Source: Patescibacteria group bacterium (GTDB lineage Bacteria; Patescibacteriota; Minisyncoccia; Phycocordibacterales; PALSA-1337). From it: DNA of 64,000 nucleotides. Location: assembly GCA_038064415.1 (NCBI GenBank), contig JBBTTD010000001.1, positions 13,738 to 77,737 on the forward strand, in the 5' to 3' direction. Positions 1-9,273 of the stretch are shown in pieces (within the stretch, counting starts at the first letter, position 1; every line of letters begins with the position of its first letter). Both the position numbers and the translations under genes were made by a program. The notes beneath the pieces were generated by a model. It searched no databases. It was not told the origin of the DNA and saw only the letters and a program-made list of their open reading frames with translations.

Positions 1-2129
1 TTAGAGGTCTAGAAGATGGCATGGACAGACAGACTCTGTTGGGTGTAACCGGTTCCGGCAAGACATTTACTGTCGCAAATGTTATCGCCAATTATGGTAA
101 ACCAACTTTGGTTATTGCTCACAATAAAACCCTGGCCGCGCAATTAGCACAAGAATACAGAGAATTTTTTCCGGATAATGCCGTGCATTATTTTGTCTCT
201 TATTATGATTATTATCAGCCCGAAGCTTACATACCTTCAAGCGACACATACATTGAAAAAGAAGCGATGATTAATGAAGAGATTGAAAGATTGCGTCACG
301 CTTCAACGCAGGCACTCTTAACTCGCAAAGATGTGATTATTGTCGCGTCAGTTTCTTGTATTTATGGTTTAGGCAGTCCAGAAGAATACGAAAAAGTCAA
401 TTTAAAACTGAAAGTTGGCATGGAGATTTCGCGAGCTGAACTGATTCGCAAATTGGTTGATATTCATTTTGAGCGGACGACAGCTGATTTGAAGTCAGGT
501 CAATTTCGCGCTATCGGAAATACTATTGAAATTATGCCGGTAAACGAAAAGACGATTTATAGATTGGAATATGATGGTGGTTCTATTTCTTTAATTACCG
601 AACTTGATCCAATTTCTCGTTCTGTTCGTCGATCGAGTCAAGGTCCGACCTTCCGTCATCTTACGAAGTCCAATCTTGACTCAATCTATATTTTTCCAGC
701 AAAGCATTTCATTTCCAGCGATGAACAGGGCGAACGTGCTTACAAAACTATTCAAGCGGAACTCGCGGATCGCTTGAAAGTATTGGAAAAAGAGGGAAAA
801 TTGCTTGAAGCTGAACGACTGAAGCGTAGAGTTAAATACGATTTATCTATGATAAAAGAAATCGGCTACACAAATGGTATTGAGAATTATTCACGACATT
901 TTTCCGATAAAATGCCTGGCGAGCCACCAGATTCATTGCTTTCATATTTTCCACATAAAATAATTGGCACTGGTACAAATGCGCGGAATGTTCCTGATTT
1001 TTTGACTATTGTTGACGAATCGCACGTGACCATTCCTCAATTGAATGGTATGTATGCTGGCGATGCTTCACGCAAAAATACTTTGGTTGAGCACGGTTTT
1101 CGTCTACCTTCAGCCAAAGACAATCGCCCATTGAGATTTGATGAATTTTTAGAGCGAATTGGTCCGATGATTTACACTTCTGCCACGCCAGGAAAATATG
1201 AGGCAGAGACTAGTAATCAAGTAGTTGAACAGGTCATTCGTCCAACAGGATTGGTTGATCCGATTGTTGAAATTAGACCGATTAGGGAAAGTAAACGAGG
1301 AGTTGGTGCGTATTCTTATGAAGGACCGCAGTCTCTTGGCACAAAGCGTGAGGCAGTTATAACGGTCCCTCATAAGAATACGCACCAACTCCTCGTTTAC
1401 CATGGCCAAATCTTTGATTTTATCAATGAAGCGGAAAAAACTATTAAAAAAGGCGATCGAGTTTTGGCAACGACTTTAACTAAAAAAATGGCGGAGGATT
1501 TATCCGAATTCTTAAAAGAAAAAAATATTAAGTCCACTTATTTGCATAGTGACGTAAAAACCATTGAACGCATCAATATTTTGACGGACTTTCGCAAAGG
1601 GAGATATGATATTTTAGTTGGTGTCAATTTGTTGCGTGAGGGTCTGGATTTGCCCGAAGTTTCATTGATTGGAATATTGGACGCAGACAAAGAAGGATTT
1701 CTTCGATCTGAAACTTCACTTGTTCAAACTATTGGTCGTGCCGCGCGTAACTCCGCTGGTCGAGTCATTCTTTATGCCGATAATTTGACTGGTTCTATGG
1801 ATCGCGCGATCAAGGAGACCAATCGTCGTAGAGTTATTCAAGTAGCTTATAATGAAAAACATGGGATAACCCCAAAAACCATTAAAAAAGCGATTCATGA
1901 CATTACCGATCAATTACGCACTAAACACGATAAAGCTGTTGACGAATTGGTCAAAATTGATGAAGAATTGGCGCGTGTCAATCCAAAATTATTGATGAAG
2001 CAGAAACAGGATGCTATGGAAGAAGCCGTCAAACAATTGGATTTTGAGACTGCGGCGCTGATACGAGATGAATTGATAAAGCTTGAGAAAATCAAACAAT
2101 TAGATAGAAAGATGAAGGCTAGACCTTAA
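1..2129 (+). CDS. uvrB: Excinuclease ABC subunit B (UvrB), 5' end runs off the window start
   Basis: ORF 21..2129 translates to LLGVTGSGKTFT (Walker A), the helicase motifs and a C-terminal UvrB/UvrC interaction motif (ALIRDELIKLE). The frame stays open upstream of the first Met (codons for GLEDG), so the N-terminus is truncated by the window edge. Confidence 0.9.
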   Translation, partial: RGLEDGMDRQTLLGVTGSGKTFTVANVIANYGKPTLVIAHNKTLAAQLAQEYREFFPDNAVHYFVSYYDYYQPEAYIPSSDTYIEKEAMINEEIERLRHASTQALLTRKDVIIVASVSCIYGLGSPEEYEKVNLKLKVGMEISRAELIRKLVDIHFERTTADLKSGQFRAIGNTIEIMPVNEKTIYRLEYDGGSISLITELDPISRSVRRSSQGPTFRHLTKSNLDSIYIFPAKHFISSDEQGERAYKTIQAELADRLKVLEKEGKLLEAERLKRRVKYDLSMIKEIGYTNGIENYSRHFSDKMPGEPPDSLLSYFPHKIIGTGTNARNVPDFLTIVDESHVTIPQLNGMYAGDASRKNTLVEHGFRLPSAKDNRPLRFDEFLERIGPMIYTSATPGKYEAETSNQVVEQVIRPTGLVDPIVEIRPIRESKRGVGAYSYEGPQSLGTKREAVITVPHKNTHQLLVYHGQIFDFINEAEKTIKKGDRVLATTLTKKMAEDLSEFLKEKNIKSTYLHSDVKTIERINILTDFRKGRYDILVGVNLLREGLDLPEVSLIGILDADKEGFLRSETSLVQTIGRAARNSAGRVILYADNLTGSMDRAIKETNRRRVIQVAYNEKHGITPKTIKKAIHDITDQLRTKHDKAVDELVKIDEELARVNPKLLMKQKQDAMEEAVKQLDFETAALIRDELIKLEKIKQLDRKMKARP

Positions 2130-2164
2130 CGCGGAATTAATCAAGACCTAACCTTCATTTTTCA

Positions 2165-2199
2165 GATGTTTGAATGTTTGAATGTTTGAATGCTATAAT
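2165..2199 (+). promoter_or_regulatory. Three tandem 8-bp repeats (ATGTTTGA) abutting a TATAAT -10 box, 6 nt upstream of the ATG at 2206
   Basis: Sequence gATGTTTGAATGTTTGAATGTTTGAATGcTATAAT occupies the -35 position. It is a candidate operator or activator site and implies a leaderless or very short-leader transcript for the receiver gene. Confidence 0.45.
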
Positions 2200-2205
2200 A
2201 TCACC

Positions 2206-2991
2206 ATGCCCCTACCACTCAAAAAGGAAAAAGTTTTAGTTATTGAGAGTGATGCCATATTTGGCAAGAAAATCGTTGATAACTTAAAAACACAGGGTTA
2301 CAATGTCCAGCTTTTTAATGATGGTATTGAAGGATTAAAAGCTATTTCTGATTTTACGCCCAATCTAGTTTTAGTGAATATTATCTTACCAAGCATTGAT
2401 GGTTACGCGATCCTCGCGAAGAAAAATGCTGATCAATCTTTGGCGAAAATTCCGTTGTTTCTGCTTTCCACACAAGGAATACCGATAGATATGGCCAAGA
2501 TACCTCAAGGTTCGGTTACAGAATTTATTTTAGATCTTCATGCTGATGTCGCGGAAATATTAAATAAGGTTGATAAGCTTTTTGGATATTCTGCTGGCGG
2601 ACAAGTTTCTGATTCTCAAGTCGTAAAGAAGAAAATACTTTGGGTTGAGGATGATAAGTTGATTGGCACGATCCTCAGCAAAAAGTTGATTGCTTCTGGT
2701 TTTGATCTAATTCACGCGAAAAATGGCGAAGAAGCCATGGCACAACTTGCCATTGTTGTCCCAGATGCGATTGTGCTTGATCTGATGATGCCTGGCATGA
2801 GTGGATTTGATATTCTCCAAAAAATTAGAGCCGATCAGCGCTTGAAGCAAATTTCCATAATGGTTCTTTCTAACATAAATAAGCAAAGTGACATTGAAAG
2901 GGCGAAATTACTTGGTGCCAAAAAGTTCTTGGTCAAGGCGGCGGTCTCGCTTGATGATATAGTATCTGAAGTTAAAAAGCTGTGTGAATGA
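2206..2991 (+). CDS. Tandem receiver-domain protein (pseudo-REC + REC, no output domain)
   Basis: There are two CheY-like receiver domains. The first has N in place of the phospho-acceptor Asp (LVLVNIILPSIDG). The second is canonical (ILWVEDD ... DAIVLDLMMPGMSG ... K). The start is moved from 2182 to 2206 because 2182-2205 overlaps the -10 box. Confidence 0.75.
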   Translation: MPLPLKKEKVLVIESDAIFGKKIVDNLKTQGYNVQLFNDGIEGLKAISDFTPNLVLVNIILPSIDGYAILAKKNADQSLAKIPLFLLSTQGIPIDMAKIPQGSVTEFILDLHADVAEILNKVDKLFGYSAGGQVSDSQVVKKKILWVEDDKLIGTILSKKLIASGFDLIHAKNGEEAMAQLAIVVPDAIVLDLMMPGMSGFDILQKIRADQRLKQISIMVLSNINKQSDIERAKLLGAKKFLVKAAVSLDDIVSEVKKLCE

Positions 2992-3075
2992 AAATAGAGG
3001 TCCGACCCCCATTTCGGAAGACAGGATCAGACCTTAGCGCAGAATTACCTAAGGTTTTACATTCATTTTTCACAT

Positions 3076-3101
3076 AACACTTGTATTAAGATTCAAGTGT
3101 T
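3076..3101. promoter_or_regulatory. Inverted repeat AACACTTG-N10-CAAGTGTT upstream of uvrA (candidate operator)
   Basis: Perfect 8-bp arms about 70 nt upstream of the uvrA start. A TTGCGT-N17-TACCAT promoter-like pair lies downstream of it. Confidence 0.35.
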
Positions 3102-3172
3102 GCAATTGATTGTTGAACTCGGGGGAATTAACTTTGCGTTTTTGTCATTTTTGTGTTACCATCGCCCCACTT

Positions 3173-5899
3173 ATGTCTGTGACGCGTAAAAAAACAAAAT
3201 CCTCAAATTTAACTCCCAAAATCCATGAGTCAATTCGAGGTGAGGAAAAAATTATCGTTAAAGGCGCGCGTACGCACAATCTGAAGAACATAACTGTGGA
3301 AATGCCACGCAATACTTTGATCGCTATCACCGGCTTATCAGGTTCCGGTAAATCTTCTTTGGCTTTTGACACCATTTTTGCCGAAGGACAGCGTAGGTAT
3401 GTTGAATCTCTTTCTGCCTACGCTCGCCAGTTTTTGCACAAAATGCAAAAACCCGATGTTGATGAGATCGTCGGTCTTTCACCGGCTATTTCCATAGACC
3501 AAAAATCTCGTTCCAATAATCCGCGTTCAACCGTGGCTACGATTACTGAAATATACGATTATTTGCGTATACTTTTCGCGCGCGTTGGCAAGCCGCATTG
3601 TCTGACCTGCGGTCGGATAATTCACCGCATCTCACAGGAAGAGATTTTGAATACTATTTTGAGTACTGTTACCACCCGCGCCACAAACGCCAAAAAAGTT
3701 TATGGGGTAAGTATTAGTGACGCAAAAATCCGGATCTACGCGCCAGTCGTGGTTGGACGCAAAGGCGAATATTATCAAATGCTTTATGATCTGCTCGGCA
3801 AGGGCTATGATCGTGTTCGGATTGACGGGACTATCAAACGTCTACGAGATCAGATAGTCCTGGAGAAAAATAAAAAACACGATATTGATATTTTAATTGA
3901 TGAAATTTTTATTAGCGAATTCAATGATCCTAAACAGTTGGACAATGCTCGTGAGAGATTATCCGAATCCATTGAACGAGCGGTGCATGAAGCGGAAGGT
4001 TTGATTCGCATTGAATATCCGTGGGATTCTGTCATTTCCCCGGCCGCGGAAATCAAGGGTCAAACCATTAATTTGAAAGAAGACGATAAGACTATGGATT
4101 CCCGCTTTCGCGGGAACGACAACGGCGAAACCTTGATGTCCGTGAAATTCATGTGTCCTTATGACGGTTTTTCGTATCCTGAAATAGAACCGCGTTTGTT
4201 TTCATTTAATTCACCGTATGGTGCTTGCACCGCCTGTAATGGTCTCGGTACTGAAGGATTATTCGCTGAAACAATCTGTAAAGTTTGTAATGGTGTTCGT
4301 CTACGCGATGAAGCTTTGCATGTCAAGATTGACGGCAAAAATATCGTTGACACGACTTCATTATCTATTGAAAAGGCAATTTTATATTTTGAAAAAATAA
4401 AACTGACTGACGCGGAAAAAGAAATTTCCAAAATCGTACTCAAAGAGATTCAAGCACGGCTTTCATTCATGGTAAATGTCGGGATTGAGTATCTGACGCT
4501 TGATCGGCGCGCTAATACTCTTTCCGGCGGGGAAGCTCAACGCATCCGTCTAGCTTCTCAACTTGGCTCCGGCTTGGTCGGCGCGCTTTATGTCCTAGAT
4601 GAGCCGACGATCGGTTTACATCAACGCGACAATGATCGTCTGATAGGGACTTTGATAAAACTTAGAGATATTGGCAATACCATAATAGTGGTTGAACACG
4701 ATGAAGACACTATGTTTGCTTCAGATTACATTATTGATATTGGTCCTGGCGCCGGAGTACACGGTGGCAAAGTCGTAGTCTCTGGATATCTTGACGATCT
4801 GGTTTCCGCCAAGAAAAATCCTTCCGGTTCATTGACTCTCGCTTATCTGCGAGGCGAGAAAAAGATTGATTTACCTCAAAAAAGGCGAGAACCAAAGGGT
4901 AAAATCACAGTGCGAGGCGGTCAAGTCTTCAATATTAAGGATTTGAACATAGATTTACCACTGGGCTGTTTGAATGCGATTACTGGAGTTTCTGGATCGG
5001 GGAAATCTTCCTTTATGTATGAAATTCTTCATAAGAATTTATCGGCGCGATTGGAGATGAGACATCGAAGCGATAAACCGATAAATTGCAAAGAATTTAA
5101 AGGTTCGGAATATGTTGGCCGTGTTATCTTGATTGATCAATCACCAATCGGTCGAACACCAAGATCAAATCCGGCAACCTATACCGGGGCTTGGACGCAT
5201 ATTCGCGACTTGTTTGCTTCAGAGCCGGAGGCGCGAGCGCGCGGTTGGGGCGCGGGGAGGTTTTCTTTTAATCGTCCCGGCGGTCGTTGTGAGGCCTGCG
5301 AAGGTAATGGCGAGATTGCCGTGGAAATGCATTTTTTGCCGACGGTTTATGTAACTTGCGATGTCTGCAATGGCAAACGCTTTACCAAAGAAACCCTAGA
5401 AATTCATTATCGTAAAAAAAATATTCATCAGATTTTGGATTTGACTATTGAAGATGGCTTGGAATTTTTCAAAGATATTCCAGTTGTTGAAGATCGCTTG
5501 CAAAGCATGATGGATGTCGGCTTAGGATACGTGAAGCTCGGTCAATCAGCCACGACTCTTTCAGGCGGTGAGGCACAGCGCGTCAAGATTTCTTCTGAAT
5601 TGTATAGAGCTCATCTTCAAAAAACGATTTATTTATTGGACGAGCCAACAGTTGGTCTGCATTATGAAGATGTTAAAAAATTGATTGATATTTTGCAAAA
5701 ATTAGTTGAAAAGGGGAATACGGTTGTTGTCATTGAACACAATCTTGATTTGGTTAAAAATGCCGATTATGTTATTGACATTGGTCCTGATGGTGGCGAG
5801 CGTGGCGGAAAAATTGTCGCCAAAGGCACGCCAGAAGATGTTGCCCGAAGTGAGAAATCATATACTGGGAAGTATCTGAAAGTGGCATTGAAGAAATGA
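3173..5899 (+). CDS. uvrA: Excinuclease ABC subunit A (UvrA)
   Basis: Two ABC ATPase modules (GLSGSGKSS, GVSGSGKSS; LSGGEAQR signature motifs twice) and zinc-finger Cys clusters. The start is set at the internal Met MSVTRKK, where homology begins. Confidence 0.9.
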   Translation: MSVTRKKTKSSNLTPKIHESIRGEEKIIVKGARTHNLKNITVEMPRNTLIAITGLSGSGKSSLAFDTIFAEGQRRYVESLSAYARQFLHKMQKPDVDEIVGLSPAISIDQKSRSNNPRSTVATITEIYDYLRILFARVGKPHCLTCGRIIHRISQEEILNTILSTVTTRATNAKKVYGVSISDAKIRIYAPVVVGRKGEYYQMLYDLLGKGYDRVRIDGTIKRLRDQIVLEKNKKHDIDILIDEIFISEFNDPKQLDNARERLSESIERAVHEAEGLIRIEYPWDSVISPAAEIKGQTINLKEDDKTMDSRFRGNDNGETLMSVKFMCPYDGFSYPEIEPRLFSFNSPYGACTACNGLGTEGLFAETICKVCNGVRLRDEALHVKIDGKNIVDTTSLSIEKAILYFEKIKLTDAEKEISKIVLKEIQARLSFMVNVGIEYLTLDRRANTLSGGEAQRIRLASQLGSGLVGALYVLDEPTIGLHQRDNDRLIGTLIKLRDIGNTIIVVEHDEDTMFASDYIIDIGPGAGVHGGKVVVSGYLDDLVSAKKNPSGSLTLAYLRGEKKIDLPQKRREPKGKITVRGGQVFNIKDLNIDLPLGCLNAITGVSGSGKSSFMYEILHKNLSARLEMRHRSDKPINCKEFKGSEYVGRVILIDQSPIGRTPRSNPATYTGAWTHIRDLFASEPEARARGWGAGRFSFNRPGGRCEACEGNGEIAVEMHFLPTVYVTCDVCNGKRFTKETLEIHYRKKNIHQILDLTIEDGLEFFKDIPVVEDRLQSMMDVGLGYVKLGQSATTLSGGEAQRVKISSELYRAHLQKTIYLLDEPTVGLHYEDVKKLIDILQKLVEKGNTVVVIEHNLDLVKNADYVIDIGPDGGERGGKIVAKGTPEDVARSEKSYTGKYLKVALKK

Positions 5900-5962
5900 A
5901 GAAGACACTTTTTCGATTAAAATCAAAAGCGAAATTACCCAGTGTAAGACAATATTATTCCC

Positions 5963-7261
5963 ATGAAACGTCAAGCGATTATAAAACTGAAAATTCCAGA
6001 TACTCCTGGTGTCTATACATTTAGGGATTATAAAAAAAGACCGATATATATTGGTCGCGCGACTTCCATTAAAGATCGTGTTAAAAGCTATTTTTCTGAT
6101 GATCTTATGAATACGCGCGGTCCGCGAATAGTTGATATGATCACTAAGGCTAAATCTTTAAATTGGCAAGTTACTGATTCCGTGCTTGAAGCGATTATTT
6201 TAGAAAGCAAATTGATCAAAAGGTATCAACCTATATGCAATGTTGACGAGCGTGACGACAAAAGTTCACAATATGTGGTGATAACTGATGAGCTCTGGCC
6301 AAGGGTTTTTCTGGAGCGTGTCCGAGATTTTGATTCGCTTCGCTCCAGTCTGGAAAATTCATCGCATCAGCGAGAGCGTCTCAAATATTCCGTCAAGAAA
6401 TATTTTGGTCCATACCCGCATGGCGGACTGATCAAAGAAGTCCTAAAAATTCTGCGTAAACTTTTTCCGTTTAAGGATAAGAAGTCTTTTGATTCTCGTC
6501 ACGAAGCGTTTTATCAAGCATTAGGGAGATCTCCCGATCAGGATGACAATAATGCTCTAAAAAAATATCTTATGACAATTAAGTATCTAATTCTTTTCTT
6601 TGAAGGTAAGAAACAAAAAATCAGAAAACAGGTTGAACGAGAGATGAATTTGCGGGCCAGAGAATTACGATTTGAAGAAGCACAGCAGAGTAAAAGGATG
6701 TTGTATGCGCTTGACCACATAAATGACATTGCTCTGATAAAAGAAGAGAGATTACGAGTTTCAAATCATTCCTCCGCTGTGTCTGCAAATTCGGAATTAT
6801 TGCAAAGTAACGGATTTCGTATTGAGGCTTATGACATCGCTCATTTATCCGGTACTAATGTAGTTGGGGCTATGGTTGTTTCAATTGATGGAGAGTTTGT
6901 GCCATCAGAATATCGTAAGTTCAAAATTTCTCGGCAGAAAAATGATGATGTGGCGGGGCTCAAGGAAATTCTTACGCGCCGGTTGAATCATCCAGAGTGG
7001 GCATACCCGGATCTAATAGTTGTTGATGGCAATAAAGTCCAAGTTAGTTGTGCTGAAAATATTTTAAAGGTTCGTAGGATTGACATTCCCGTCGTGGCGG
7101 TTACGAAAGATCAAAGGCATAAAGCAATAGAATTGATTGGACATCCAACACTTATTTCTAAATATAAAAAGCAAATTATTACTTTAAATAGGAAAGCTCA
7201 TAGGTTTGTTATATCGTTTCATAGATCAAGCAGGAACAAATCTTTTAAGAATTTTAAATAA
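5963..7261 (+). CDS. uvrC: Excinuclease ABC subunit C (UvrC), short form lacking the C-terminal HhH
   Basis: N-terminal GIY-YIG (PGVYTF ... IYIGRA ... RVKSYF), a UvrBC-interaction region and an RNase-H-like endonuclease domain (YDIAHLSG ... DLIVVDGNKVQV). Only 432 aa. Confidence 0.8.
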   Translation: MKRQAIIKLKIPDTPGVYTFRDYKKRPIYIGRATSIKDRVKSYFSDDLMNTRGPRIVDMITKAKSLNWQVTDSVLEAIILESKLIKRYQPICNVDERDDKSSQYVVITDELWPRVFLERVRDFDSLRSSLENSSHQRERLKYSVKKYFGPYPHGGLIKEVLKILRKLFPFKDKKSFDSRHEAFYQALGRSPDQDDNNALKKYLMTIKYLILFFEGKKQKIRKQVEREMNLRARELRFEEAQQSKRMLYALDHINDIALIKEERLRVSNHSSAVSANSELLQSNGFRIEAYDIAHLSGTNVVGAMVVSIDGEFVPSEYRKFKISRQKNDDVAGLKEILTRRLNHPEWAYPDLIVVDGNKVQVSCAENILKVRRIDIPVVAVTKDQRHKAIELIGHPTLISKYKKQIITLNRKAHRFVISFHRSSRNKSFKNFK

Positions 7262-7462
7262 TCTTGATTATGAATAAGTGATAGATTTCAAATCTCCTTC
7301 TAGGTTGTACACACTTTACTTCATTTTTTCCCGCCTATTCTGCTATACTATAGTTATCATTTTAATAATCAAATCAAATGCAATTTCAAACAGGTATTTT
7401 AGATAGAACTCGCTTAGTCTCAAACCTCCTGATGTCAATACTGGCTAGTAAGTTGATTTAGT

Positions 7463-8446
7463 ATGACCAGTCAAATCAGAGTTGGAGTACTTCGTGGCGG
7501 TCCTAGTAATGAATATGAAGTTTCGCTCAATTCTGGCGCGACTGTTTTGTCGGTCATCCGAAAACATTTTGACCACAAATATCAACCCCGAGACGTCTTT
7601 ATTGATCGTCAGGGAATATGGCATATTGATGGATTGCAAGTATTACCAAAAGATCTCGGGACTAAAATTGATGTGGCTTTTAATGCTTTGCATGGAGCAT
7701 ATGGAGAAGACGGAAAAGTTCAAGCATTGCTTGAAGCTCACGGTATACCATTTACCGGTTCAGGGTCGCTTGGATCCGCGCTTGGCATGAATAAAATTTT
7801 AGCAAAAAAAATATTCGCTGATCATGGAATTAAAAGTCCCTTTTCAAAAGAGATTTTATCTGATGTTTTTAATAAAAATGATGAAGCTACCGCGCGTGAA
7901 CTATTCAATACTTTTATTTTACCGGCAGTTGTTAAGCCAAGTTCCAGTGGCTCCTCGGTTGGTGTCTCGGTAGTTAAAAGTTTTGGCGAATTGATGCCTG
8001 CTTTGAATCTGGCGGCGAAACATGGTGAAGTAATAATGATTGAGGAATTTATTCCCGGAATTGAAGCTACTTGCGGGGTTGTTGAAGATTTTCGAGGATC
8101 TAAGTTATATGCTTTACCTCCAGTTGAGATTAGGCCACAAGGTGGATTTTTTGATTATGAAGCCAAATATCACAGCAAATCAGAAGAAATAGTCCCAGCT
8201 ACTTTTTCCGAATCAATCAAAAAATCTTTGGAAGAATTGGCGGGGAAGATTCATAGAGCACTGGGTCTTAGACATTATTCACGATCAGATTTCATTATTC
8301 ATCCGAGAAGGGGAGTCTATGTGCTGGAAGTTAACACTTTACCTGGATTAACTATAGAATCTCTGTTGCCAAAATCATTGAGAGCGGTTGGTAGTGATGT
8401 CCATGAATTAGTGGGACACTTGATTGATCTGGCGTTGAAAAAATAA
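7463..8446 (+). CDS. ddl: D-alanine--D-alanine ligase
   Basis: VGVLRGGPSNEYEVSL N-terminus and an ATP-grasp core (IEEFIPGIE, EVNTLPG). Confidence 0.85.
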   Translation: MTSQIRVGVLRGGPSNEYEVSLNSGATVLSVIRKHFDHKYQPRDVFIDRQGIWHIDGLQVLPKDLGTKIDVAFNALHGAYGEDGKVQALLEAHGIPFTGSGSLGSALGMNKILAKKIFADHGIKSPFSKEILSDVFNKNDEATARELFNTFILPAVVKPSSSGSSVGVSVVKSFGELMPALNLAAKHGEVIMIEEFIPGIEATCGVVEDFRGSKLYALPPVEIRPQGGFFDYEAKYHSKSEEIVPATFSESIKKSLEELAGKIHRALGLRHYSRSDFIIHPRRGVYVLEVNTLPGLTIESLLPKSLRAVGSDVHELVGHLIDLALKK

Positions 8447-8498
8447 AACTTTTGTCTCCAGTTTGTTGTGAGTCAATTTTTCGGCAAATTCGGAATTG

Positions 8499-8571
8499 TG
8501 GACCCGAGCGGACTTGAACCGCTTGCCTCCTCATTGCAAATGAGGCGCTCTACCAGATGAGCTACGGGCCC
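8499..8571 (-). tRNA. tRNA-Ala (anticodon TGC)
   Basis: Reverse complement reads GGGCCCGTAGCTCATCTGGTAGAGCGCCTCATTTGCAATGAGG...GGTTCAAGTCCGCTCGGGTCCA. It has a cloverleaf, the G3:U70 Ala identity pair and anticodon loop tTTGCaa. CCA is not encoded. Confidence 0.85.
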
Positions 8572-8774
8572 AGAAATAAAATTAGATTTTGATTTTCTAA
8601 GGAAATACTCCAATTATTTGTGATAATACATAAAACTGCTATAGACCTAAATTGTTATTAACAGTTAATCAACAGCATACACGAAGTGTGTGCATTCATC
8701 AATATGTGAAAATATGTTAAACTATATATTCACCCAAAGGTCGACTATTATTAGTCTTAATTTATTATAATAAT

Positions 8775-8864
8775 ATGGCCGATCAAAAAGTTTGTTCAGA
8801 TTGTAAACATGAACACAAGGAAGCAGATGGCAAATGTTCATGCGGATGTCCAGTTTCCAAGTAG
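8775..8864 (+). CDS. Small Cys-rich ORF (29 aa, MADQKVCSDCKHEHKEADGKCSCGCPVSK)
   Basis: ATG-initiated ORF with 5 Cys in CxxC / CxCxC spacing, followed directly by a strong hairpin terminator. Too short to appear in the ORF track. Confidence 0.35.
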   Translation: MADQKVCSDCKHEHKEADGKCSCGCPVSK

Positions 8865-8883
8865 TCTGATTTGCGTGTCAACA

Positions 8884-8915
8884 AAAAATCACACATTTAT
8901 GTGTGATTTTTTGTA
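8884..8915. terminator. Bidirectional rho-independent terminator
   Basis: AAAAAATCACACAT-ttat-GTGTGATTTTTT lies between the convergent small ORF (+) and the DUF378 gene (-). Confidence 0.7.
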
Positions 8916-8931
8916 TCAAACGAAAATGAGA

Positions 8932-9159
8932 TTACATTGATGATCCTGCCGCTGGAGCAGAAGAACTGTCGCAATGTTTACAATCTTTTCTGTGTCTGAC
9001 GATTAAGTAGATTGCTGACAATCCAACTAAGATATAGACAATTTTCGCTATAACAGATCCGAGATACGCGACCACATCGCCAACTCCGATACCGATAAGG
9101 AGCCAGTTAAGACCGCCGATTACTAAAAGAATAAACGCGACGCTGTGTAATGTTTTCAT
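8932..9159 (-). CDS. DUF378-family small membrane protein
   Basis: 75 aa with two TM helices and a GLNWLLIG motif typical of DUF378. Confidence 0.6.
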   Translation of the reverse strand: MKTLHSVAFILLVIGGLNWLLIGIGVGDVVAYLGSVIAKIVYILVGLSAIYLIVRHRKDCKHCDSSSAPAAGSSM

Positions 9160-9273
9160 TTTATTGCATTAAAATATTAATAATGACTTGTACGATTGTG
9201 CTTGTTACATTATAACAGGTAAAAGCTATATCTACATATATATAGTTATTCACAGTGCAAGGCGTGGATCTAA

